Shown piece after piece: positions 38,812-51,355 of a DNA stretch of 64,000 nucleotides; position 1 is the first letter of the stretch; every line of letters begins with the position of its first letter. The DNA is from Paragordius varius (lineage: Eukaryota; Animalia; Nematomorpha). The position numbers and the translations under genes are program-made. The stretch is taken from positions 9,176,001 through 9,240,000 of the forward strand of contig OZ176051.1 of the NCBI GenBank assembly GCA_964247055.1. Reading direction: 5' to 3'. Below the pieces are notes generated by a model. It was not told the DNA's origin, made no database searches, and was given only the letters and a program-made list of their open reading frames with translations.

Positions 38812-40163
38812 TTAATTTGCATAATTATTCTTGTAATCAATCGCTGAATATATATGACGAAATCTTCTAAACTTTTGAAAACTTTTTGCATTATTTTTTC
38901 TCTGATTCGTAAATTTCTTATTTATAGATTCATTTAACTGATTTCGATTTGATTTTGGTTTATGTTGTTGATCCATAAAATTATTATAATTGTTTGACAA
39001 CGAAGAAACCGGTTTTATAATTTTATCGGTGACAGTCCCATTTTTAATATCATGGAATATTATTGAGCCATTTTCATTCAAATTCTTATGTTCAACTATA
39101 GTTTTATTTGATATGGTAAACATGCGCTTGATAAATTTTCCATCAGCTTTATTATTTATGCTTGAATTTCCGTAACGAATGTAGGTAACGTTGAGTAAGG
39201 GCTCAAAATATTTTTTGTATTGCAAATGATGTTTCTCCTTTATCTTTTTAATTATATCATTATCAACTATGGCTCGTATTTCACCCAATTTATTTATATT
39301 TCCCCTTATTTCTTGATTTTCGTATTGTGTCTTTTGGGCAATTATCTTTATCGGGTTTGTAATTTTACTTTTAACGGTGACATAACTGTCAATTTTACTT
39401 GATGTCATAACATCCTTTTTATTTAAATTATTCAGATTAATGAATCTTTGCCATGATTTGTTAATTGTTTTGCTACGGCGGTAGGGGTGATTAAAAACAG
39501 TTGTTCCTCGCTGATATTTTGGTATTGAAGGATAATCACCGTTTTTACTATTCAATTTTAATGATAACTTTTCAGGTATCTTAGCCATAGTGGTTCCTAT
39601 ATAGTTTTGAGCTCTTATGGGGAATTCCGATTCTAAATGTTGTGATATGCGTCGCAACTTATTTTGCCATGTTGGTTTGGTAAAATTTTCATATCGTAAT
39701 GATGATGCAAGATTCGATTTAGTTTCAATCATTAATTTTTTCTTTGCGGTCTTTTTCTTACTCTGAAAATCACCCGAACGATAATCTAATGAGTCGTGCA
39801 AAGCATTGTGGAATAGATTTGCCGATGGATTTGCTGTTTTAAAGACACTATAATTTTGTAAATTAACAGATTGTTTGAGATCAAGTGTTTTATCACTTTT
39901 ACCATTGGTGGAATGAAATAATGCCATGTACCTGGTTCTTGTGTTGTCCCTTTTGTCGTTATCAAAAATACTACCATCATTACTTAAGTTGTTAAACTCT
40001 TCAATATAATGAGAATAGTCTTTGAATGGTTTGCCTAAGTAACTGTTGGTACTGAGTGAAACAGAGTCGGAATATTTCAACAAGGAGTCATTAGGATTTT
40101 TGATAGGTGGTAAATCCAAAAATTGGTGTGTGTTTCGGCGTTTATGTAATTTTTTGAGACGTT
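38812..40163 (-). CDS. Chitin deacetylase exon 9 (1352-nt terminal tail exon)
   Basis: Contains most of the 455-aa ORF 38812..40179; the acceptor GATATTAG before 40163 is the phase-1-compatible AG; ends ...DYKNNYAN*. Confidence 0.72.
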
Positions 40164-43100
40164 CTAATATCAAAATCAATATAATAGGGCTGAAATACTT
40201 GTTTTAAAACAAACCATTCTCTAAAAACTAATCTTTTTTCGATTTGACCACTGAAATTCATCCTTATTAATTCCAAATTCATCATAAAACCTATTTCCAT
40301 CTGCGATATATAATTAATTTAATTTTATATTTGTATCGTAATACAGAAATCATAAATTAGAGTGCCGTATAGTTTTTTGATTATGATTTATCAATATACG
40401 TTAATGGTAAAATCTTTACAAACCACCTTTTCACTTTTTTGTCCGCGATGATATATTGGGGTACAGAACTCGATGTGAATAAACTACTGTTTTGTTTTAG
40501 TTAAAATTTAATTATCAAACATTTTTCTCCCGTTTTGGATGAAGCTTATATTTTTTACAGTTTTATAACTTCTAGAGAAAATTGGGAGATTTTCGAAACA
40601 CGGCTAAAAGCTAATTTTTGAATCAATAAATATCAAGTTGTTGTTGGTAAAAATGCAACCTGAAATTCTATTAAAGTTAATTTTTACATTTTCAAACCAT
40701 AATATCATTTTTTTGCTTATTAGCGATTTGAAAAATTTTGAAAAAAATGGCGGCGAAAAAGTTTGTGAGGTTTTTTTACAATCAAAATTTTATTTGTATA
40801 ATGCGCAAAGGCTACAGAAAGCATATTTTGAATTCGGCCTAATACATTTTCAGATATTCAAATCGCTCTGGCGTATAAAACTAGCTTGAAAAATCATAAA
40901 GTGATAATATCCACCACTAATGTTTTTTTTATTTCCATAAAACACTTAATTGACACATTCATTTAGTAAAAAAAATCCTTTATCAAAAATTGTAGGGCAA
41001 TGTATATGCAATAGATGTTTTTGAGAGATATATTTTCTGTTTATTTAGTAATAATTACATATTAGCGTCCAATTTAATTTTTTATGTGATAAAAAAAAAT
41101 AATTAATATTTTAACTTACGGCTAAAATTTGGTAATTTCGATGGTTTCAAACCATAAATGCTGGCTGAAAATGGAGATTTGAAATCAAAATTAGCAGATA
41201 ATGCATACGACAGAGTGGGATCTACCACCGTTTTAAAAGCTGTTTCGGCATCAGACTGATTTGCATTTAATTGCTTTCTAACTTCTTGTGGGTCCAACAT
41301 ACTGTAAGTCGATGAAAGTTTATACCTCTTTTCAGGAACTTCTAGAACATTTTTAGTCTTTATTCCAGCGTGCTCATAAGGTGGTAATTTTGGTGTAAAG
41401 CGTTTGAAATTCATTTTCATTATTTTGTTAAACAATTGTTGATTACCAAAACTTTTGTTTGAGAGTCGTTCATCCTTTCTGTCATCATTGGAGTAATGAT
41501 TATTTTGTGGAATAGGCTCTAAACTAATGACTGTTACAGCTGGCAATTGTGTCCTAATCATGAATAAATCAAACGGTGAAACTGTTAAAAAACCTCTATC
41601 CGTTGTTATCGGCGTCAAAGCAACTTTTGTTGTTTTTTTATGCCCCTTTATGCTAGTTGATTCAAGAAAATCTGAGGTTTGTTGTGTGGTACGAAGTGGA
41701 GAAATACTATCTTTTTCTGACATGTAAGGTAACGGATAACTCAACTTATTATTTTTCAAATATTCTTTATAGGACATTAAATTGTTTTGGATGTTATTTC
41801 TTAAGGTTTGTGATTTAATTTTTTTATTGACTTGGGGTTTTTCTTGTTGTAAAATCACTTTTGAATCAAGGGTCGACGCATAATTCTTTTCTATATTATC
41901 GGGTAATGTCATCATTGTGGAACTATAGCCATTCCTGCTTCTTAAATAGTTTCTAAGTAATTTGGCGAATCTCGTATTTTTTTGGTTTTTTGTTCTGTTC
42001 ACCGTCTTATTTTGTAAGTTCACAGCTCCAGTTTTATCCTTAGAAATGTATTTTAGCTTATTATCATTAATTTTTTTGGGGTCCTTTTTTCTCTCATTAT
42101 CTATGTTGTTAGAGCCGCGTGTAATATCTCGTAATCGGTTAACAAAACTGGTTTGTTTCCAAAATTTTGGAAAAGATTTAGGTTTTTCAGTTGTAAAATA
42201 GAATTTATCGTCGGACAATGTCGTACTTTTTAAATAACTATTGCCGACTCCTTTGTTATCATCAATTTCATACATTCTGATTTCACCCATGCGTTGTTGT
42301 TTAGCAGCTTCGAAGTTTTCGCCTGATTTATAAATTTTACCAAAGTTATCCTCCATATTTATATTTCCCAATTTTGACATAAAGCCATGTGATGCGTCCG
42401 CTTTAAGGTTTTGTTTATTTCCTAAATATATTTTATAGTAAATAATTGAATTAATTGTTTTTAAAATTATTACTATCGGAATTCGACATACTTAGATTGT
42501 TTGGTGGAGATTCTGGAGCAATTAAATTATCTGTTTTTCCTTTATTTTTTACATCTTGATAAATGTCGAACCCTTTTGCTTTTGAATAATTGTGGTTAAT
42601 TATTGCTTGAGGAGGTACGAACGCTTCAGTATTTGCCCGATAGTAAGTATGCTTTCTTGTTTGATCCAAATATTGGGGAGCTTTTGTTTTGTATGTATTT
42701 GATAAGATTTTAGCTGTTGTTGATAAATGGTTCAATGATTTTTTTTGGTTTAAAAATGAAGCCAAACTATTTCCCCCGTGATTTAATAACGGAGAAGCCG
42801 TTGTCGATATAAACGATGAAGTGTCTTCTCCATATGGATTCCCATACCAGGGATAAGATTTAGGACATGGTGAACATGTTCGAACATATCTAATTTTGAA
42901 TTAATTGGCACACGTAATATTTTATATTCAATAATATTAAAAATATTCATATAGATTAGGTATTTGTGGATGATCGATCCTCATTAAAAAAGCCATTATG
43001 GTGATATAAAAGTCAGTTTTGATTAGTTTTTACTATTTTAAGGTAAAAAATAAAATATTTGACTTTGTTTATTAGAAGTGGAATGCACTAAAGCAGGGGT

Positions 43101-46100
43101 GTCCAGCCTAAATGGCTTCGCTCCCATTTTTAACTCAAAAAACTTGGCTGGCCACATCTTAAATTTAATGCGGGCATTATGATTATTAAATTTCACAAAT
43201 AAGTCTGTAAAATGCAAACACAATATAATAAATTTTTTAGTTCTTGCCAATTATATAGACTGAATCAAAATTGCTTAAAAAATATCAATTTTATTAAGAT
43301 TTTATGAGCATATGTTAGCAAATTTTGGAATTATAATTTTTTCACCGGCCGCAAAGTCTCGAAGGGCCGCGTGTTGGACACCCCTGCCTAAAACGATGTG
43401 TAACAAAATATTATATTACCTGTAACCATATTCAGTAAAATAGGTGCATACATTGACTTTTTGACTAACACATCGCAAGTTCGGTAATTCTTCTTGACAG
43501 CTCCACGGTCGAAATTTATCTTTTTACATACAAATGTTTTTTCCATGTTATTATTTAAACCAATTTTGATGTAAATAGGCAACATAAAAACATGATTAAA
43601 TGTTAATACCTAATTCATTTAGAGCAGTTGGTCTTTTAATCCATTCCAAGGCTTTGCTGATAGAAAGGATATATACATCTTTTAGGGTAGATAATTTTTC
43701 CAAAAATTTTCGGAGTCCAGTCCGATAATGTGGAATGTAAAACCACATTGGATGAAAAAACATGGGGAAGGGTGCTCTATATATTAAACGATATAATCAT
43801 AATGATAACCCATATACATATATTCATTAATAATTTTTGAACCGTGTTTCTTATGGCCTATAAAGATTTACCTTCATAAAAAATTACCATATTTAAAAAT
43901 ACAAGTTTTAAGCATGATTCGAAGCTTTTTTGTTAAATTGTTTGAATTTGCTCAGATATTAGTTTTTAATACAGATCATAATGATCTAGCCCTCTTTGAC
44001 AACGATTTCAATTGCCATGTCCTAAAAAGTTCATCCTAATTTGAGAACTGTTACCGTGAATCACAACCTTTATTTTCAAGAGTTAAATATGCCGAAAACA
44101 CCCTTATATTACTAAGATATCTTATTTGTAAATTAGAAACGATTATTGACTTAGAAAATCTCTTGACAGATCGAACATTGAGGTAATGGTTTCACCTATC
44201 TGATATATGGATAAGTGAAATGCATTATTTTATATTCGCTGTCAAACTCACTCTTAAATGGCAACTAAAATTTAAACCCCTCTCATAGTTGCTCGTTAAA
44301 GGGCAATATATTTTTTTTAAATTATCGTTTTATGAATAATTATATATTTTAAAAATAAATATGGGGCTATAGGTGTTCTACAAGTAGCAAAAAATTGTTT
44401 TAAAACCATATTGATATCTTTATATAAAGGGTGAAATTCTCGGTTTAGTAAAAATTATTAGCCGAGGAATGACTTTATACTATTCACACACTATGCTTTT
44501 TTCGGCTAACCTTAAATTGACCCTTTAACGCTTAAACATTTTATTATGTATGACTATGATATTTTTAAATAGTCTTTACTCACTCAAGAATGAAATGCAT
44601 AAAATATACATTATAAGACACATAACATACTCCGAACATGCTTTTGAAGCATCAACCTAAGTTCAGTTATAAATTATATACCTGGAATATGCATTTTAAT
44701 GCCTATTCACATTATAGTTGATGTATTGGCATAGTAGTGTATAAAATGAAAAATAATGTCAAATAAACGCCTTTCTCCTATTACATTATTTTTCTCTTTT
44801 TATTTCACGTTTTATTGTTTTTTTCCATACACTGTGTTGCCTATTGACCAACTATAAACTGATTAAGCCACCATTAAAGAGCATACTGTATAACAGTGGT
44901 ACTCAAACCGCGGCCCTAAGAGTGCTTTAAAATTGCCCTATGACCATATTGATACATAAGCTATTTATTATTGTTGAATTAAAACACACACAAACGAATA
45001 TCTCTTATTTTAATATTAATTTATTTTATTTGGATTTGATTTTGGTTTGATTTTTCACCCAATTTAAGATGTAGAAAAATCTACCTACAAATGATGTCAA
45101 AATTTTGGCACATTGTTTCTGTTTGTATTCTATTTTCCTTTCATTTTTAAAATTTTTATTGTCCTTTTTTTGTATTTAACCAAGCCTTTCACCCAAACTT
45201 GCATATTCATATTCTTTTCATTGCTATCCTGCATCATTTTTAAAAGTCATTCCATAAAATATTTTTCAAATCAATACTATTAAATTACTTTATGGCATAA
45301 TTTAAATTGTATTCCTATTTTTTTGAAAAAAATTTACATATTATTTAAACATAAATTTAAAGGATGACATCTAATGTTAAAAAACGTAAATTATCCGATG
45401 AAAATCTCTCCTTTAAAAAAGAATGGGAAGAAAAATTTTTTGTTGTTTTAAATAAAAATGTTGTTACCTGCCTTATATGTAAGGACAATATGAAAAATAC
45501 AATATTGAAAGACATTTGACATCAATCATTCTCATAAATTACCAGAAAATCATGATGAAAGAAACGAAAAATATAAAAAGATAAAGGAATTATTCCATAG
45601 AGAAAAATATATTATGTCCATAGCTTTGCAGGAAGCACTAACATTAGTTTCGTATGAAATTTGCTATTTTAGGAAAAAATATGGAACCGGTTAGTGATTC
45701 CCAACTAATAGAAGAATGTCTATTGGTTGCATTTTATTTGATAATTTCATTAATAAAAATCAAATCATGAGGCCAATTAAAAAACTTCAACTTTCTGATT
45801 CAACATGTGCTCGACGCATTGAAGATATGTTTAAATATATTTTTAACAATACGTTATTGGCTCTGAAAAACTGCAAATATTTTAGTATTAATATTGATTT
45901 TAGCACTGATATTAGTTCAACACCTCAATATGCGCTCTTCGTGAGATATTGCAACGACAACATAATCAACGAGGAATATTTAAAATTTTTACCAATGAAT
46001 AATACCACGAAGATTTTCCTTTTATAAATACAACACTCCTATATTTTCCAACACTTAAAACGATTCAGGAAAATATAGAAATTATCGCGGAGATTAATTT

Positions 46101-48120
46101 AATAGACAATCATTTAACATTTTTATCTAATGAGATAATATTCAGATTTTCAAGAATTAAGAAATATAAAAATTGCTTAAAACTCTTTGAAAATCCATGG
46201 CATATGGATAGACCCAATATTAAGCAACTTGAGCATTTCGGTTTTGATCAGGCTCATAACATTGAAGAATTCGTAGATTTTACAAATGATTTTATTCGGA
46301 GACTATTAAGGAGAATCCATAGAGAAGAAAGATATGTATAGTTTTGGCAGATGTGCCACATAAATATGAAAATATAAAAAAATGTGCTCAAGTTATCCTA
46401 ACTGATTTTCCCTCAACTTACACGTGTGAGATGGCATATTTAAAAATGAAGTGTGTTAAGAATACACACAGAAATCGCTTAACCGATGATCATATACCAC
46501 GTATTAAGATTGGCCTGTCATGAGGCGAAACCAAATTTGTCAAAAATTATTGGTTAATATCTAAATAAATGTTGTTATCATATTTTAATTTTTTTAACTA
46601 AATGATGCAAAACGAGTTTTTAGCTGGATTTACATGCGATCCGCAAAAAAATTCATTGTGCCGATTTAGATTATAAATATGTGCATATGTTTCAAAGAGC
46701 TATGGAATAGCCTTATATAAGGTTTATGGCCCTCGAAAAAAAAATATATTTTATTTGCCCGTCAAATTTTTTTGGTGAGTACCACTGCTGTATAATAATG
46801 AGCCTTTTTGAACAGCCTATCAATAATTAACATATGATATATAAAATAATTATACTGTTATACTTGTTTGTAAAGTAATGACGTTCAAAGTTATCATTTA
46901 ACAAATCAAAAGCTTCTTGTTCTGAATTAGGCGGACTGCATGCGTCAACCATGGCACATCCAAACCCATTTTTATCTTCGTAATGTATCAAAGGGACTTC
47001 CCATAAACCTCAATATAAAACAAAAATTGTAGGTTGATAGAAATTACAAATTAATTGTATATGCGTTATATTTTCAAAAAAGCACATTATCACTGTTTTT
47101 TGTAAAAATGTAAGGTATTTTGGCAGATTTTTTAATTTAAAAAAATCAACGCCTAATTATAATGAGTAATAGATGACTTGAGTAATATGACATTAAATTT
47201 ATTATCATAAAAAGGCAATGCTGCATGCGGCCCGGGGCCTCGCTTTAAGTACCAGTGCTTTACAGTTCATACCATTAAATACCTGGAAAAGAGGTTTGAG
47301 GACAAGGTGGAATATTACATCTTTCTCGCATTTTAAAATCAAGCGTAAAGGGCCATTGAGGAGGCCTTGTAAGTTTGGATGTTATGGAAGAATCCCATTT
47401 AAATCCATAATCTGTGAGCATTTTAAAATAGGCATCTCCTCCAATCTTTCATATAACATAATTTTAAGAATAGAAAAATACATTGGAAGTTGCATGGAAA
47501 GTAGAAAAAATTATTTGTTGTATACTTGAAGAAATGGAGCTCGTGCACCAATTATTTTTTCCCTAGGGATGTTTGCCAAATCAATCAAAATTTCCTTTTG
47601 TCCAGCCATTTCTTCAATCCAATCTTCGTACGTAGCGTTGGCCCACCAAGTTTGAGGTACTCGGTGACTTAAAAACCAATAAAATTTATTTTATTATTTA
47701 TATATAAGTAATTAATTATCGGCAGAAATCATTCATTTACCTTATAGTGTGTGAGGCTATTTCATGGCCTTTCGTGTACCATTCCTCCACCATTTGATAA
47801 TTAGTGTATTCATGACTAACAAAGAAGGTAGTTGATATAGGGCACCCATTTGGATTTTTTCGCCCATAGATTAGCGCTCTGTATTCCTCATTGTTGGGTG
47901 AGGTGACCGAATCATCGAATGAAATAGTAACTATTTGTGGTACATCATCTAAGCTTGCAAAGTTGTTGCCAGCTTCCAGCAAATCAATGGATCCTGAACA
48001 TTTGCAAAACGGTAGTTTGCAGAATTCCGTCGAACACACTAAGGCAGAAGTTGACATTCGCATCATTGTCAGCACTGACCACAAAAGGATGAAGGGTATA
48101 GAAAAGTGGCGATGAACCAT
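38812..48120 (-). CDS. Secreted chitin deacetylase (CE4/NodB polysaccharide deacetylase, catalytic-domain-only type) with ~1000-aa C-terminal extension; 9 exons, predicted 1382 aa
   Basis: Manual exon join: 48120-47741, 47667-47526, 47445-47283, 47008-46864, 43776-43610, 43519-43420, 42889-42492, 42421-41120, 40163-38812. All introns are GT-AG with compatible phases; the total is 4149 nt = 1382 aa + TAA. Signal-peptide-like start MVHRHFSIPFILLWSVLTMMRMSTSA. CE4 motifs ISFDD, HTISH, RAPF, WDSS, PMFFH. Typical arthropod-type CDA ending CPKSYPWYGNPYG. Exons 1-7 are high confidence; joining of exons 8-9 is somewhat lower. Confidence 0.88.
41120..42421 (-). CDS. Chitin deacetylase exon 8 (1302-nt tail exon)
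   Basis: Contains the 425-aa ORF 41103..42380; acceptor TATATTTAG before 42421 (phase 1), donor C|GTAAGT after 41120 (phase 1). Confidence 0.8.
42492..42889 (-). CDS. Chitin deacetylase exon 7 (end of catalytic domain, start of tail)
   Basis: (R)YVRTCSPCPKSYPWYGNPYG continues without a stop into ORF 42451..42765; GTATGT donor after 42492. Confidence 0.88.
43094..43386. mobile_element. hAT MITE in CDA intron 6
   Basis: TIR CAGGGGTGTCCA / TTGGACACCCCTG; the TSD is not exact. Confidence 0.75.
43420..43519 (-). CDS. Chitin deacetylase exon 6
   Basis: (D)KFRPWSCQEELPNLRCVSQKVNVCTYFTEYGY; phase 1 to phase 2. Confidence 0.9.
43610..43776 (-). CDS. Chitin deacetylase exon 5
   Basis: (K)APFPMFFHPMWFYIPHYRTGLRKFLEKLSTLKDVYILSISKALEWIKRPTALNEL; not in the ORF track, read manually. 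Confidence 0.93.
44894..46787 (+). mobile_element. hAT (Buster/Charlie/SPIN, GTF2IRD2-like) element with disrupted transposase, in CDA intron 4
   Basis: TIR CAGTGGTACTCA / TGAGTACCACTG; exact 8-bp TSD CTGTATAA with central TA. From 45364: MTSNVKKRKLSDENLSFKKEWEEKFFVVLNKNVVTCLICKD; 45716-46027 ...SDSTCARRIEDM...YFSINIDFSTDISSTPQYALFVRY; C-terminal FPSTYTCEMAYLKMK...HRNRLTDDH. Frameshifts and an internal deletion. Confidence 0.95.
46864..47008 (-). CDS. Chitin deacetylase exon 4
   Basis: (G)LWEVPLIHYEDKNGFGCAMVDACSPPNSEQEAFDLLNDNFERHYFTN; phase 1 to phase 2. Confidence 0.95.
47283..47445 (-). CDS. Chitin deacetylase exon 3
   Basis: IGGDAYFKMLTDYGFKWDSSITSKLTRPPQWPFTLDFKMRERCNIPPCPQTSFP; phase 0 to phase 1. 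Confidence 0.95.
47526..47667 (-). CDS. Chitin deacetylase exon 2
   Basis: (S)HRVPQTWWANATYEDWIEEMAGQKEILIDLANIPREKIIGARAPFLQ; acceptor TTTTTAAG, donor GTATAC. Confidence 0.95.
47741..48120 (-). CDS. Chitin deacetylase exon 1 (signal peptide, Cys-rich N-terminus, motif 1 SFDD, start of motif 2)
   Basis: ORF 47737..48120: ...CKLPFCKCSG...VPQIVTISFDDSV...NPNGCPISTTFFVSHEYTNYQMVEEWYTKGHEIASHTI; donor AG|GTAAAT after 47741. Confidence 0.95.
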
Positions 48121-49912
48121 ACCAATAATAGATAATTTGTTTAATTCTTTTTTTAAGCAAAGTAATATAAAACTGTTTTTTTCCGCATCAGAAATAAATT
48201 TTTAAATATCTAATAAACTTTCTACCATAACAACATTATTAACCTTAATTCATAACTATAGATTAAATATGTTTTACGTATATAATTATTTAAAAAGGGA
48301 TTAGCGCTAATCTAAAAACTTTGGCAATTACAATTTTTATTCTTTTATGTCAAAAAAATTGTGTCAACGTTATAGTAAAAATTGAAGGTGGTGTATGGAA
48401 AACTAGCGAAAAAAATGGATCTAAAATGCTGTGAATTTTTTAACCTTTCTGCTCTAAAAATTTTACAACGATTTATCAATTAAAAAATAGATAGTGCTAA
48501 CCTAATTTATGTATTACAAGGGCTACTTTTCTAAAAAATGCCCTAAAATTCTCTAAGTAAAATTAAATTTAAATATTTTTGAAATAAAATTAGTAGATGA
48601 TTAATTTAATTAAAATTTTTATAGTTAGAGGATAAAATTTTGAGTTATTGAAACTTCAATACTCCCATTATTTTTAAAAATTGTTACACAAAGCAGCATA
48701 TTCATGGAATAGTATTATATGTGTTAATTCATACTAAATTATACATTATTTTTGATTTTAATTTATAAATCTATATAAACATGTGATCATGGTCCACAAC
48801 ATTGAATTTATTTGTCCTTGTAAAACACATAGCCGCACAAATTATGTCATCAAAATCAAATATTTAAAAATATCATTCAGATACAATAGTCGGCTTAAAA
48901 ATTTGGAAATGGTAGAAAATCCGCACTAAAGCTTCCATAATAGATATATTTTAAACTAAACAGGAGACCTTGTTAAAGACTAATGGTTTTGATACGGTTG
49001 AAACCAAAACCAGTTTCTATTTATTTTGTTTGATATTCATTTTTAAATGATATTTATGAACTTTTTCAAAGTTTTACCATAAAAATTCTTACCCATTAAT
49101 TTACTCATATATCCCAAACGAAAATAATAATTATTATATAGAATATAAAAATTTTTATGATAAAATTTTGATTGTAAATTGTATCTTAGCAGCTCCATGG
49201 CTCCTCGTTAAAACCGGTGTGGCGGATGTTGGCCAAATTCCATATTTTGCTGCATCTCCAAAATAATGGGCCACGGGGCAAAAAAATCGCACATTCGTTT
49301 ATATCAGGGCTTTTTAAACTTTTCTACTTCCCGACCCGATTTATGATTGCGAGTTTCTTAACGACTCCAACAAATATATAAGATCTTCTGATTCATAGTA
49401 AATTTATACAAGATATTATAATGATCGGAATAGAAATGCTGGTATAAACAGTCTTTCCGAACCATAGATATATAACTTCACTATTTTTTCCGGAGATAAA
49501 TATGAGTTCCGATGATGATTTTTTGGATATATAACGATTATTTATATATTGATTTAAAAATATATGGTGTGTGAATTTATTTCTTTAAAAAATTTTTTGG
49601 ATTAAAATATATGGCACTTAAATTGGAATGTCTACCCAAAACAACGGATTAAAAACGGTTTGATGGAAATGATTAAATTAATTATAAATTGTTTATAAAT
49701 ATATATTGCAGCAAGCACTCTGTTTCTGATTGGTTTTAAGCGTCATTATATTTTAGTTGTGTTAAAGAAACATGTATACTCTACCTTTTGGGCTAATTTT
49801 ATATAGCGATTTGAAATTTGTATATTTTAAAAAGTAAGGTATTAAGCTAAATTTAAAATATACTTTCTTTAGTCTTTTAGGTTATGCTAATTTTTTTTAA
49901 AATGTAATATTG

Positions 49913-50935
49913 CAGGGGTGGCCAAACGGTCCGACCGCTAGATTCTAAAACCTGACCGCCCTAAAATTTTTGAAAAAATGTAAAAAATATTTTTGCATAT
50001 AATTTTTTTCCCACAAAATTATAATATTTCATTTTTATATTGTGTTTAAAATTTACTTGTTAACATATTTAACTAAATTTATTTTATTCATATCAATGTA
50101 TAATTTTAAAACTTATAATCAATTGTCAATTCCTCTAAAATATTTAAATTTAGTAAAAAAACAGAAACAGGTATCCTTTAAATTTATATTTTAGATAAAA
50201 CATTTAAGCTAGATAATTAATCCATTGAAAAGGATACTACAACGTATCGAAAATCTTGCATATAGTTTTTAATAAGTTTTACGAGAATTTAAATTATTAT
50301 TTTAAGCTAAAATATATCGTTATAGAAATGAATGGAAGAATTTTTCTCTAATGAATGATAAATCTACTTGTTTGATATATTCCCATTGCCTAAAAACGCA
50401 AATGTTCCAAGACTTACTATGCCTAATAAGAACTATCACAGCTATTGAAAGAGCAACTAAATGCGCACAAACTACATTGTAAATACAGCAAATATCAAAA
50501 AAAATTACATAATGCAACTTACAAAATATCTGAAATCCTAATAAAAACAACTTTCAGCACGGAGAAATTCGGAAAATGCTTATATTAATTGTGATGTGCT
50601 GTTCAATTATGAAAACAAAATGAATATTATGGAATCGATATTTTTATCCCTATCATTGTAAATTTAATAAAACAAATAATGTTGATGTTTTGGTTTATGT
50701 ACTGATTGTGGAAACCAAAAGTCTTCTGAATCAACATTATTTATTTGATAAAACTCAGATTATATAAAAAAACTAATGAATATAAATTTTTCGTAATATT
50801 TATTTTAAAATGGCCTGTGATAGTAATTTTACTCTGCAAATAGAGATATTTGCATAATCTGCGTTGAAGTGTTTAATAAACCTTTTAATACATAATATTC
50901 ATACGTGCCCGTGTAAAATTTTCTCCCTACCGCTG
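49913..50935 (+). mobile_element. Decayed hAT (Buster-type) left part
   Basis: CAGGGGTGGCCAAAC left TIR; plus-strand fragments NEWK..FSLMNDKSTCLI and ATYKISEILIK resemble the Buster N-terminus; right end not found. Confidence 0.5.
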
Positions 50936-51355
50936 TAATAATAAAATCATTATCAAACTTTTTTAGCGCCATTGTTTCGATTAATCTTTTACCTCGCTAG
51001 ATAAAATGATAGTTAGCTTTAAAAAGCGTTTAGGCTACATTTTACCAGCAAAAACTTGATAATATTGATTTAAATATCAGCTGTTTGTTTCAATCGTATT
51101 TTGAAGCTGTCCCAATTTTGGCCCCTAGAAGTCGCAAAACAAATATAAGCTTTTATAATTAATACATGCGATGCGTGACAATTAAATTTAAATTTTCTGT
51201 GGTTTAATTACGAAATTGAGCTCTGGAATATATAATTCCAAAAGGTAAACTTGGACAAAAAAGTGAAAAGGTAATAAAGTGTCAATCATATTACAGATCA
51301 ATCATATTCCATAAGATACTTTTAACTTCAAAGCTCTGGAAAACCCTGTTTGTTA

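Noticed and set aside
38812-42765. ORFs of 455, 425 and 104 aa as independent single-exon genes
   Set aside because: The 104-aa ORF is directly continuous with the CDA catalytic exon, and all three are bounded by phase-compatible splice sites; they are better explained as CDA exons.
43980-44200. LRR-C-terminal-like scraps (DLALFDNDFNCH) in CDA intron 4 and similar scraps near 19560-19640
   Set aside because: Such short Leu/Cys patterns arise easily by chance in AT-rich DNA, and the frames are full of stops.
49190-49320. Minus-strand DINECA... as a calcium-binding EGF start; GC-rich island
   Set aside because: The Cys spacing does not continue as an EGF module and the frame stops after ~40 codons; function unassigned.
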